IMG/VR virus record: IMGVR_UViG_3300045988_171102 | From: a virus | Direction: 5' to 3' (one strand) | DNA length: 64,000 bases | In this document: positions 23,442 through 32,141 of the stretch, piece by piece | Layout: the number at the start of each line of letters is the position of its first letter | Numbering within the stretch: the stretch's first letter is position 1 | Made by a program: the position numbers and the translations under genes | The notes under the pieces: model-generated | The model's database searches: none | What the model was told of the DNA's origin: nothing | The model's input: the letters and a program-made list of their open reading frames with translations, nothing else

Positions 23442-26318
23442 ATGGCTCAAAGCAAAGCTGTAAATATACCGTTATTGGACGGTAAAGATGTGTATATTGC
23501 AAATCATTATATTAACAATAGTTTGAACGGATATACACTTAGAGACAAATTTGGTGACTTAAATATAAAGAAATTTGTCGCCACAATGGATTATAGTTTA
23601 GACTTAATTAAATTGAATGATGTTTACAAAGAAGTGTATCGAAATAGAAATTTTTATGAATATGTTGGCAGAAATAAAAAATATACAAGGCATGTTATAA
23701 ATGTCACTTTTAAATACAGCAATAAACTTTACAATCGGGCTGGTTCAGGTTTGTATATTAAATTCGGTTACTCCCCTACCGAAGTTATATTAGAAAATAA
23801 TGCTTGTATTAAAGATGGTACTTTAATAGCTATTCGAGTATTGCCAGATGGTAAAGAAAAAAATATTACAGAAGATTATCTTGTGAAGTCTCCCCTTTCA
23901 CAAGAAATCTTAGGTGAATATTTTTTTTATGATAAAGAATTATCTGTTTATAGAGCTAAAGATAATATTGAGACATTAACCTCAATTTCTGACATTAGAA
24001 CTGATTTATATGAAAATGGTTTTGTTTGTGACGGAATTAAGTATGTACGATTTAAACGCAGTAGTGGTAGCAGTCGTGTAGGTAAATGCCTATTTATTGA
24101 CGAAAAATTATACAAAAAGATGCATAAATGGGAAATGTGTGGATTAAATGTAAAGAATGGTGTTAAATGTGATTTGGCGAGTCTTGAGCCTTATATAGCA
24201 TTAACTCTTTCTTCTATCATAGACACAATAACCATTGAACCAAATGAAATTCTTGTCATCCCCGATTATGAAAGCAAATTTACGACAACTTGCGTTGCTA
24301 CAGAACTTGATAAGGATAATAGACTTATTTCGTCAGCAAAACAAGTTGATATGTCAAATAGTATTTGGGATGGACAGTCCTTATTAGATGTTAGTAAATT
24401 TGAGGACTACAAAAATTATGGTATGTTGTTATTGCGTACACGTTTTTTTAAATCTGCTTGTTTTAATACTAATATTCAGCAATGGTTTACTGATAACGGA
24501 ATCACTGACATATCGCAATTAAATGGATATACTCAAGCCACAAAATTGTCTGATATTAAATTAATTACTACTCCAAGCAGTATTAAATATTTAAAATTTG
24601 GTTCTTTAGAAGATTGGCTATGGACAATTGAACCACAATTTGGTGTTGTAAAACATGAAAAGCCTACTCATTATTTTGATGGTAGAATGGTTCAAACACA
24701 TTATCAATTGCTTAATACTTTACAATTGACGAAAGATGAAGTAGAGAAATTTATTCAACCTACAATTGACTATATTATGAAATTGAAAACAGACAGTGCT
24801 GTATTTAGGCATCACATTAAATATTCAATTCCTGAATATACAAATGCTGAATCTCAACAATTGGCGAATAAAAATGATATTGTATATTACTTGCTTGGAC
24901 TAAATAATAAATTTAGCCAAACCAAAATGTACAAAGACTTTTGTAATGAAACTGTTAAGGCATTTGTTAAAAACTGTCGCAAGGGACATATCTTCGTACA
25001 TGGTAATTATTCAACACTATTTGGCAACCCTATCGAAATGCTACAAAGTTGCATTGGACGATTTAATGGAGAACCTAAAATTAAAGCAGGCACAGTACAT
25101 TGTACGATGTTTAATAATGGTGATAAGTTAATAGGAAGTCGTTCTCCTCATGTTACAATGGGAAATATTTTATGTTGTCAGAATGTAATATATGAGGACA
25201 TTAATAAATATTTTAATTTAAGTAATGAGATAGTATGTGTCAATAGTATTCGTGATAATTTATTAGAGAGATTAAGTGGTTCAGATTTTGATTCTGACAC
25301 TGTTTTGTTGACAGATAATAAAATATTATATCAAGCTGCAATTCGTAATTATGATAATTTTCTTGTACCGACAAAATTAGTGTCAAGTAAAAAATGTGAG
25401 CGTAGATATACGGCACGAGATAAAGCTGAACTTGACATTAAGACAGGAACAAATAAAATTGGAGAAATCATTAATTTATCTCAAGAATTAAATTCTAAGT
25501 TATGGGAATTAATTTATAACGGATATGATATACAATCAAATGAGGTACAATCACTTTATGCTGATATTGCACAATTAGATGTGATGAGCAATTTGGAGAT
25601 TGATTCAGCTAAAAGAGAAAATCCGGCAAACAATTCTATGGAGCTTAAATTATTAAAAGCTAAATATGCTGTATATGATAACAAAGGTAGATATGTCCGA
25701 CCACTATTTTTTAAATATTTGGATAAGTATAAGGGGTATGACAATAATCGAAAACATTATCGGCTTTATAATACTACGATGGATTATGTCGAACTTGCTT
25801 TAAATAAAATACCTCGTGTAAGAAATAATGCTCCCCTTTTAAATTTATCAGACATTTTTAAATCATCTAATGCAATTGATGGACAAGTGTATTATGAACA
25901 AGTTGAGCGTATATTGTCCGCCATTCAAGATACTAAAGACGAAATTGGTCATTTGTGGTCAAAGTATAAATCTAAAACTGGGAATGTTAATAAAGGTGAA
26001 GATGCTTTCTCTTATGAGCAGTGTTTAAAGATGACAGAAGAAGCAAAAGAAGATTGCGTAGAATATATTAATTCACTTAAAATTTCTAAAAAAACAATGC
26101 GTTATCTTTTATCTTTAATCGAAAAACCCACACATAAAAATTATTCAGCATTATTTTTATCAGCAATATTCACTTACCACAATATAAATTTTGATGAATT
26201 AGTTGCCGATAGTCAAGAAAATGTATTTCAAATTAAAGAATGTCCGATAGAATCAGAACAGTATGACATTAAGTTATATGACTTTAATTACCGATATGTA
26301 AGTAATGTGAATACATAA
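23442..26318 (+). CDS. YonO/RdRP-like two-barrel single-subunit RNA polymerase (958 aa)
   Basis: LSGSDFDSDTVLL (DFDSD at nt 25284-25298) resembles the DxDGD catalytic loop (SGGDLDGD) of QDE-1-type RdRPs, YonO and the beta-prime NADFDGD. The upstream GSRSPHVTMGNI resembles RNPCLHPGDI. The size is appropriate. Confidence 0.6.
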   Translation: MAQSKAVNIPLLDGKDVYIANHYINNSLNGYTLRDKFGDLNIKKFVATMDYSLDLIKLNDVYKEVYRNRNFYEYVGRNKKYTRHVINVTFKYSNKLYNRAGSGLYIKFGYSPTEVILENNACIKDGTLIAIRVLPDGKEKNITEDYLVKSPLSQEILGEYFFYDKELSVYRAKDNIETLTSISDIRTDLYENGFVCDGIKYVRFKRSSGSSRVGKCLFIDEKLYKKMHKWEMCGLNVKNGVKCDLASLEPYIALTLSSIIDTITIEPNEILVIPDYESKFTTTCVATELDKDNRLISSAKQVDMSNSIWDGQSLLDVSKFEDYKNYGMLLLRTRFFKSACFNTNIQQWFTDNGITDISQLNGYTQATKLSDIKLITTPSSIKYLKFGSLEDWLWTIEPQFGVVKHEKPTHYFDGRMVQTHYQLLNTLQLTKDEVEKFIQPTIDYIMKLKTDSAVFRHHIKYSIPEYTNAESQQLANKNDIVYYLLGLNNKFSQTKMYKDFCNETVKAFVKNCRKGHIFVHGNYSTLFGNPIEMLQSCIGRFNGEPKIKAGTVHCTMFNNGDKLIGSRSPHVTMGNILCCQNVIYEDINKYFNLSNEIVCVNSIRDNLLERLSGSDFDSDTVLLTDNKILYQAAIRNYDNFLVPTKLVSSKKCERRYTARDKAELDIKTGTNKIGEIINLSQELNSKLWELIYNGYDIQSNEVQSLYADIAQLDVMSNLEIDSAKRENPANNSMELKLLKAKYAVYDNKGRYVRPLFFKYLDKYKGYDNNRKHYRLYNTTMDYVELALNKIPRVRNNAPLLNLSDIFKSSNAIDGQVYYEQVERILSAIQDTKDEIGHLWSKYKSKTGNVNKGEDAFSYEQCLKMTEEAKEDCVEYINSLKISKKTMRYLLSLIEKPTHKNYSALFLSAIFTYHNINFDELVADSQENVFQIKECPIESEQYDIKLYDFNYRYVSNVNT

Positions 26319-26490
26319 AAATAGCTCATTTTTTGCAAAAAACGGCAAAAAACTAAGTTTTTTAAATTGAAATCTTCAAAAAAGCCAGTATTTAAGCCAT
26401 TTTTTATAATAAATAAAAGATGTATATGGTAAAGAGAGTGAACCTCCCCATCACTCTCTTTAAATATAATTTAGAAAGAGTGATTTATTT

Positions 26491-26691
26491 TTGTTTCCTA
26501 TTACAAAGGAAGAAAGTATAAAAATCAGAAAGAAATATCCTGAAGCAGAAATCAGAAGAACTGTTAAGCAGAAAAGTAAGAGGCATAAATATTTTTGTCC
26601 AGAGATAAAAAAATATCTTGTATTAATCAAAGATACGAATGAGATAGCTTGTTCAATCTATACACGAAAGAGAAAATACTTTAATGCTTAA
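26491..26691 (+). CDS. Basic small protein (66 aa, TTG start)
   Basis: ORF track entry; overlaps the start of the next gene. Confidence 0.55.
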   Translation: MFPITKEESIKIRKKYPEAEIRRTVKQKSKRHKYFCPEIKKYLVLIKDTNEIACSIYTRKRKYFNA

Positions 26692-28012
26692 TCCAAAATA
26701 TCAGCAAAAGCCTAATGAAAATTGGCGTGATTATGGAATTAGGTTGATTGGCACATTAATTGAACAGAGACCAGATGATTTAGAATGGCAGGATATAGTA
26801 GATGCTTTAAATTTAAATATACATAGAGATAGCTTGAGGAAAGCTCAAAACACGGAATTTGGCGGTTATGCTATTTACAAGTATATGTTAGATAAAATTG
26901 ATAAACTTAGAGCAGAAAATCAAAATTGCACAACTGACGAAGATTATCTTGCAAGCATTAAAGAAGAACGAAGAAAACTTGAAAATGAAAAATATAAAAT
27001 TCGTGATGAACGCAGTGAACTAAGACGATTACAAAGAGAAGAATCTCGTAGAGAAAGCTTTATTGATTTAATTAAACGAGTATTAAGTGACAATATAGAA
27101 CCTTTGCCCTATTCGGCTTCTAATTCAAATAAATGTGAATTGGCAGTTATGGATAAAGGGGTTAAAGATGTAGATGAGTCTACTTTGATTATACCCATTA
27201 CAGATGTACATACTGGTATAGTATGTAAAAATTCTTGGAATAGTTACAGCTCTGAAGAACTGATATGTAGATTACATTCATATTATCAGCAAATATGTGC
27301 TATTCGTAAAAGACATAATGCTCATAATGCTGTTATTGTGCTTGGTGGAGATTTAATTAGTGGTATAATTCATAAAAATTTACGGATAGAGAATAATGAA
27401 AATGTTATTGAACAATTAAAATTAATTTCTATTTACTTGACAAATTTTGTTAAAGATTTATCAGAAGAATTTAAAGAAATTAAAGTTTATTCTGTCAATG
27501 GAAATCATTCACGAATAATGGAGAATAAAGAAGAAGCACTAAAGGGTGAAGAATTGGATGCGTTAATTCCGTTTTACATGAAGGCATCGTTACAAAATTT
27601 CCATAATGTACATATATTCACTGAAAATTCAACTGATGATACAATGGTTGCTTTTAAAATTTATGATAGATTATGGTACGCAGTACATGGAACATATGAC
27701 AATCCGGCAAGTGTTGTTCAGAATTTGACAATGATGACAGGACTTAAACCTGACGGTGTTTTAATGGGGCATAAACATACTAATGCTCTTTTGAGTGTAC
27801 ATGATACTAAAGTTGTACAAAGTGGTTGTTTATCAGGTGTGGATAATTACGCAATTCAAAAAAGACTTGCAAACACATCTGAACAATTTATAGTAGTCAG
27901 TACACCTAATAGTACAATTGAATGTTTATATGATGTTCAATTAGCAGAACCTTCTGTACAAAAAGCGAAAACAACAATTATAAATTCAACGAAAGAAAAG
28001 AACGAGTTATAA
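26684..28012 (+). CDS. Calcineurin-like metallophosphoesterase with an N-terminal coiled coil (442 aa)
   Basis: Motifs read by eye are PITDVHTG, VLGGDLISG, VNGNHSR and LMGHKHTN. Confidence 0.7.
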   Translation: MLNPKYQQKPNENWRDYGIRLIGTLIEQRPDDLEWQDIVDALNLNIHRDSLRKAQNTEFGGYAIYKYMLDKIDKLRAENQNCTTDEDYLASIKEERRKLENEKYKIRDERSELRRLQREESRRESFIDLIKRVLSDNIEPLPYSASNSNKCELAVMDKGVKDVDESTLIIPITDVHTGIVCKNSWNSYSSEELICRLHSYYQQICAIRKRHNAHNAVIVLGGDLISGIIHKNLRIENNENVIEQLKLISIYLTNFVKDLSEEFKEIKVYSVNGNHSRIMENKEEALKGEELDALIPFYMKASLQNFHNVHIFTENSTDDTMVAFKIYDRLWYAVHGTYDNPASVVQNLTMMTGLKPDGVLMGHKHTNALLSVHDTKVVQSGCLSGVDNYAIQKRLANTSEQFIVVSTPNSTIECLYDVQLAEPSVQKAKTTIINSTKEKNEL

Positions 28013-28028
28013 CAGCTCGTTCTTTTTT
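27999..28028 (+). terminator. Intrinsic terminator
   Basis: AGAACGAG..CTCGTTCT stem followed by T5. Confidence 0.55.
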
Positions 28029-28063
28029 CTATTTTTTAGTGTAACAAGTAAGGTGGTGATTGG

Positions 28064-29056
28064 ATGCCTGTAAGAAGTAAAAAGATATGTCTACTTGACT
28101 ATGATAAACTAAGCAAAGTTAATTCTGAAACGCTTAAATTATACAAGAAATATGAAGCTGATATGGCTATTCGAGAATTGTCCAAAAAATCTATTGCAGT
28201 GTATTACAATGACCTTGTTAATTGGTGGATGTACATTTATGACTATCAGGATAATCGCTCAGTCAAAGAAATTAACGAAGATGACATTATTGAATTTATT
28301 TACTTCTGTAAGCAGAATGGTAATAACACAGAAAGAATAAAGCATAGAATGGCTTCAATTTCAGCTTTTTATAAATTTTTAAGAAAAAGAAAATTAATTG
28401 TAGAAAATCCAATGGATTATGTTGACCGTCCAAAAAAAGGTCAAGCTGTTGTTAAGCAGACTTTTTTAACTGTTGAACAAGTAGATACAATGAGAAAAGT
28501 CTTAAAGCAGAAGATTGAGGATAGTAAAAATAAATCCTTGCGTTGTAAACATGACTCGATTATGTTGAGGGTGTATGCAGAATTTTCGCTTATTACAATG
28601 GCAAGAATAAATGCTATTGCTAATTTGCGTTGGGAACAAATTGATTTTGCTGAATGTGTCGCAAACGATGTTATTGAAAAATTAGGCAAAATTGTAAGTT
28701 TGTACTTTGATGAGAGCACTAAAGAGTATTTGATTGAATTACAGAATTTCAGAAAAGAAAACAGAATTAACGATAATGGATGGGTGTTTTATTCTATGGC
28801 ATCGCAGACAGGCAATCACTTATCAACAACAGCCTTATCTGATATGTGCAAAGAAATTGGACAAATGATTAGTGTTCCTACCCTACATCCACACGATTTT
28901 CGTCATAGTGGTGCTACTTTATACAAGAATGCAGGAATGTCATTAGAAGAAGTTTCTCACTGTCTGCATCATGAAAGTACAGAAGTTACCCGAAAATTTT
29001 ACATCAAAGAAAATGACACTGAATTAAGAGCGAAAAAGAATCAGTGTCATATTTAA
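28064..29056 (+). CDS. Tyrosine recombinase (XerC/D- or phage-integrase-family, 330 aa)
   Basis: TMARINAIANLRWEQID, HPHDFRHSGATLYKNAGMSLEEVSHCLHHESTEVTRKFY (R..HxxR..H..Y catalytic pattern) and an N-terminal SAM-like core-binding region. Confidence 0.85.
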   Translation: MPVRSKKICLLDYDKLSKVNSETLKLYKKYEADMAIRELSKKSIAVYYNDLVNWWMYIYDYQDNRSVKEINEDDIIEFIYFCKQNGNNTERIKHRMASISAFYKFLRKRKLIVENPMDYVDRPKKGQAVVKQTFLTVEQVDTMRKVLKQKIEDSKNKSLRCKHDSIMLRVYAEFSLITMARINAIANLRWEQIDFAECVANDVIEKLGKIVSLYFDESTKEYLIELQNFRKENRINDNGWVFYSMASQTGNHLSTTALSDMCKEIGQMISVPTLHPHDFRHSGATLYKNAGMSLEEVSHCLHHESTEVTRKFYIKENDTELRAKKNQCHI

Positions 29057-29072
29057 AGGGCGGTGAGCGTTA

Positions 29073-30212
29073 GTGGCAAACAATACAACTACCAAAACTC
29101 AGCGTGAATATAAATGTAAAATATGTGGAAAGTCATATAAAAATATTACAGGCAATTTTTATAAATCTGCTAATTCTTTATATTTCATTAGTAATAATGG
29201 CATTATAGATGTGTGCGTAGATTGCTTAAAGGAGTTATTTAGTCAATTAAGTAAAAAATATGATTCTGATAGAATGGCACTTATTGCAATTTGTGCTTTA
29301 ACCGATTGGTATTACGATGAAAGTGCATATAATACAGCGATAAAAAATCGAGAAGAATTTAGTATTGGTGTATATGCAAGACTTATGAACACTGTTAAGT
29401 ATAAAGGAAAAACTTTTATTACCAGTGTTGCAGAGAAAAAACTGGGGGAAACAACCATTCAAATGGTTGAGCAGACTCATGATGTGGGTTGGAATGATAT
29501 TGATAAAAAGAACAGAGATACTGTAATTGAGATTTATGGATATGATCCATTCCCTGATAATGATTTTTCAGATAAAAGTAGAAAATATTTATTTAATACA
29601 ATAATAGATTTTCTTGATGAAGAAACTCAAGAAGATGCTTTCAAGAAATCACAAATCATTCAAATTGTTGTTAATAACGAAATGATTCAAAGGTGTAATG
29701 CAAAAATTGCTTCACTTGATGAAACAAGAGATCTTGAGCAAATTAAAAACTTAAGTAACATTATTACCTCGAAAGTTAATGATAATGATAAAATCGCAAA
29801 AGAAAACGAAATCTCCGTTAGAAATCGTAGTAATAAAAAACAAGGTAAAGGTACATTTACAGATTTGCAAAAAGAATTAAGGTTAAAAAACTTTGATGAA
29901 GCAGAAGCAAATTATTACAAGCAATTACAATCTGAGGGCAGTGCATGGGCTGTTAATCAATCTATGCAAGCAATAAAGAAAAATTCCTTTTTTGATGAAA
30001 GTGACCAAAAAGAAATTGTAGATATACAAAGAGAACTGATAGAAAAAAAGGATAAGGCATTAGATGATGCTTTAGAAGAAAACAGATTATTGTATGTAAA
30101 TATTGAGAAATATAAATCTCAAATAAAGGAACTTGAAAATAAAAATAGCGAACTTAATGAAGAGTTGACAAGCTTTAATAACAAACATAATACAGGTGAT
30201 GACAATGAGTAG
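29073..30212 (+). CDS. Zn-ribbon/coiled-coil protein, possible small terminase subunit (379 aa)
   Basis: Lies immediately upstream of and overlapping terL. The N-terminus carries CKICGK...CVDC. The assignment rests on position only. Confidence 0.35.
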   Translation: MANNTTTKTQREYKCKICGKSYKNITGNFYKSANSLYFISNNGIIDVCVDCLKELFSQLSKKYDSDRMALIAICALTDWYYDESAYNTAIKNREEFSIGVYARLMNTVKYKGKTFITSVAEKKLGETTIQMVEQTHDVGWNDIDKKNRDTVIEIYGYDPFPDNDFSDKSRKYLFNTIIDFLDEETQEDAFKKSQIIQIVVNNEMIQRCNAKIASLDETRDLEQIKNLSNIITSKVNDNDKIAKENEISVRNRSNKKQGKGTFTDLQKELRLKNFDEAEANYYKQLQSEGSAWAVNQSMQAIKKNSFFDESDQKEIVDIQRELIEKKDKALDDALEENRLLYVNIEKYKSQIKELENKNSELNEELTSFNNKHNTGDDNE

Positions 30213-32037
30213 TTGTCAATTTATTATGTCTGAGCGTAAACGCAGAATTTGTGAATTAGATGCTAAAAGTATTGCTTTTTATAGAAAAAACCCATGTATA
30301 GCTTGTGAAGATTTACTTGGTATCAAGCTTATAGATAGCCAAAAGTACATATTGCAATCTATATGGAATGCTGGTCATTCAACATTGTGCTGTTCCAGAA
30401 ACTTCGGAAAATCTTTTCTTGGTGCAGTATTTATGCTTTTAAAAGCTATCTTATATGAAAATCAAGCAATTTATATTGTATCTTCTGTTGGTGATCAAGC
30501 TAAAGAAACCTTTACTAAAATTGAAGAGATTGTTCTTAACACAGGTAAAACTGCAAATTCTATTAGAAGTTTGAAATCAATTGTAAAAAATGAAGTTGTA
30601 ATTACTCCACCTTCACAAACAGGATTTTCACATTCAGCCAGTGGTTATCATGTTAAATTCTTTAACGGTAGTGAAATTTATACTTTAAACTCGAAACCAG
30701 ATAACAACAGAAGTAGAAGAGCTACCCTTGTATTTTTTGATGAAGCAGCGTTTTGTGAAGATGATCTTATTTTAGTTTGTGAAGCATTTGCGACACAGAA
30801 TATGGATTTTGAAACTTCTACTGATGAATTGTACAACCCTAAAACAGCAAAAAGGCAATGTCCAACACAATTAGTTTATGCTTCTTCTCAAGGCGGTACT
30901 GATACGGTGTTCTATAAACATTATAAAGAGTTTGCTAAGAGAATGATTGCCGGTGACAGAGATTATTTTTGTTGTGATATGGATTGTATGACAGCTATCA
31001 ATGTGTATTTAGATGGCAAGAAATGGACTCCTCTTTTAACTATGGATAAAGTTGAAGCTGCTTTAAAAGGTAATAGACAAAAAGCATTAAGAGAATATTA
31101 TAATCAACCAATTGTTGATGGTGGTGTAAATCAAATTGTCAAAAGAGGTATGATTACTCGAAATGAATCTTTTATTTTACCGACTTTATTTAGAGACGGT
31201 AAGAACAAATATGTTTTAGCATTTGATCCAGCTCGTACTTTTGATAACAGTGTAGTTACTGTAATGGAAGTTTGCTATGACAAAGAAATAGGATACTATG
31301 GTAAAATCGTCAATTGTGTTAATCTTGTAGATTTAGGCAGTAAACGAGGATATAAGTTAGATTCAAATAAACAGGTTGATATTATTAGACAAATGTTAAT
31401 TGATTATAATGGCGGCGCTCCTGATTATGAGTATCTATACAAACTTTTAATTGATGCTGGTGCTGGTGGTGGTGGTCAACAGTATGGCGATAGATTATTG
31501 CAATCTTGGACTGATGTCAACGGCAAAAAGCATAAAGGGCTAATAGACGCTGATTATAGACTGTTTGAAGGATATGGAGATTTATACCCAGACAATATAG
31601 ATAAACTTGAATTAATTGATCCAAGAGCTGAAAAGCGGATTATGGTTGAAGAAATGATTGAAATAGTATCAATGGATTTGATTAAATTTCCAAGAGAATA
31701 TTCAGGCAAAGGCTCAATTAGAGTTTATGAAAGCAATGGTGGCGGAGAAGAAAATGAAGAAAGTTATAAAGATATAATACTATCTGATGAGCAAGAAGCA
31801 GCCTTGTATAACATTGATAGTTTAAAAACTGAAGTAACTTCTATTCACCGTTTTACTAATAATTCAAGTAAAAATGTTTATTATGCTTTGCCGAAAGATA
31901 AAGAAAATAAAATGCACGATGACCGTTTTTATACATTCATTATGTTGTGTCATTTTTTGTACCAATTAAGACGAGAAGATAATTTTAGTTCGGTAATGAA
32001 TAGTGATGCATATACTTTTCAACCTTTGTATGATTGA
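30196..32037 (+). CDS. terL: Terminase large subunit (613 aa)
   Basis: Walker A-like SRNFGKSF and Walker B LVFFDEAAF, with a C-terminal nuclease-size domain. It sits before the portal gene. Confidence 0.85.
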   Translation: MMTMSSCQFIMSERKRRICELDAKSIAFYRKNPCIACEDLLGIKLIDSQKYILQSIWNAGHSTLCCSRNFGKSFLGAVFMLLKAILYENQAIYIVSSVGDQAKETFTKIEEIVLNTGKTANSIRSLKSIVKNEVVITPPSQTGFSHSASGYHVKFFNGSEIYTLNSKPDNNRSRRATLVFFDEAAFCEDDLILVCEAFATQNMDFETSTDELYNPKTAKRQCPTQLVYASSQGGTDTVFYKHYKEFAKRMIAGDRDYFCCDMDCMTAINVYLDGKKWTPLLTMDKVEAALKGNRQKALREYYNQPIVDGGVNQIVKRGMITRNESFILPTLFRDGKNKYVLAFDPARTFDNSVVTVMEVCYDKEIGYYGKIVNCVNLVDLGSKRGYKLDSNKQVDIIRQMLIDYNGGAPDYEYLYKLLIDAGAGGGGQQYGDRLLQSWTDVNGKKHKGLIDADYRLFEGYGDLYPDNIDKLELIDPRAEKRIMVEEMIEIVSMDLIKFPREYSGKGSIRVYESNGGGEENEESYKDIILSDEQEAALYNIDSLKTEVTSIHRFTNNSSKNVYYALPKDKENKMHDDRFYTFIMLCHFLYQLRREDNFSSVMNSDAYTFQPLYD

Positions 32038-32141
32038 GAAAGGAGTGATAAAAAATAAGCATATTAGATAAATTATTTGGCGGTAAAAGAGAAATAAATG
32101 ATAATCTAAATATAAAAAATAATAAGCAAGATAATAATGAA

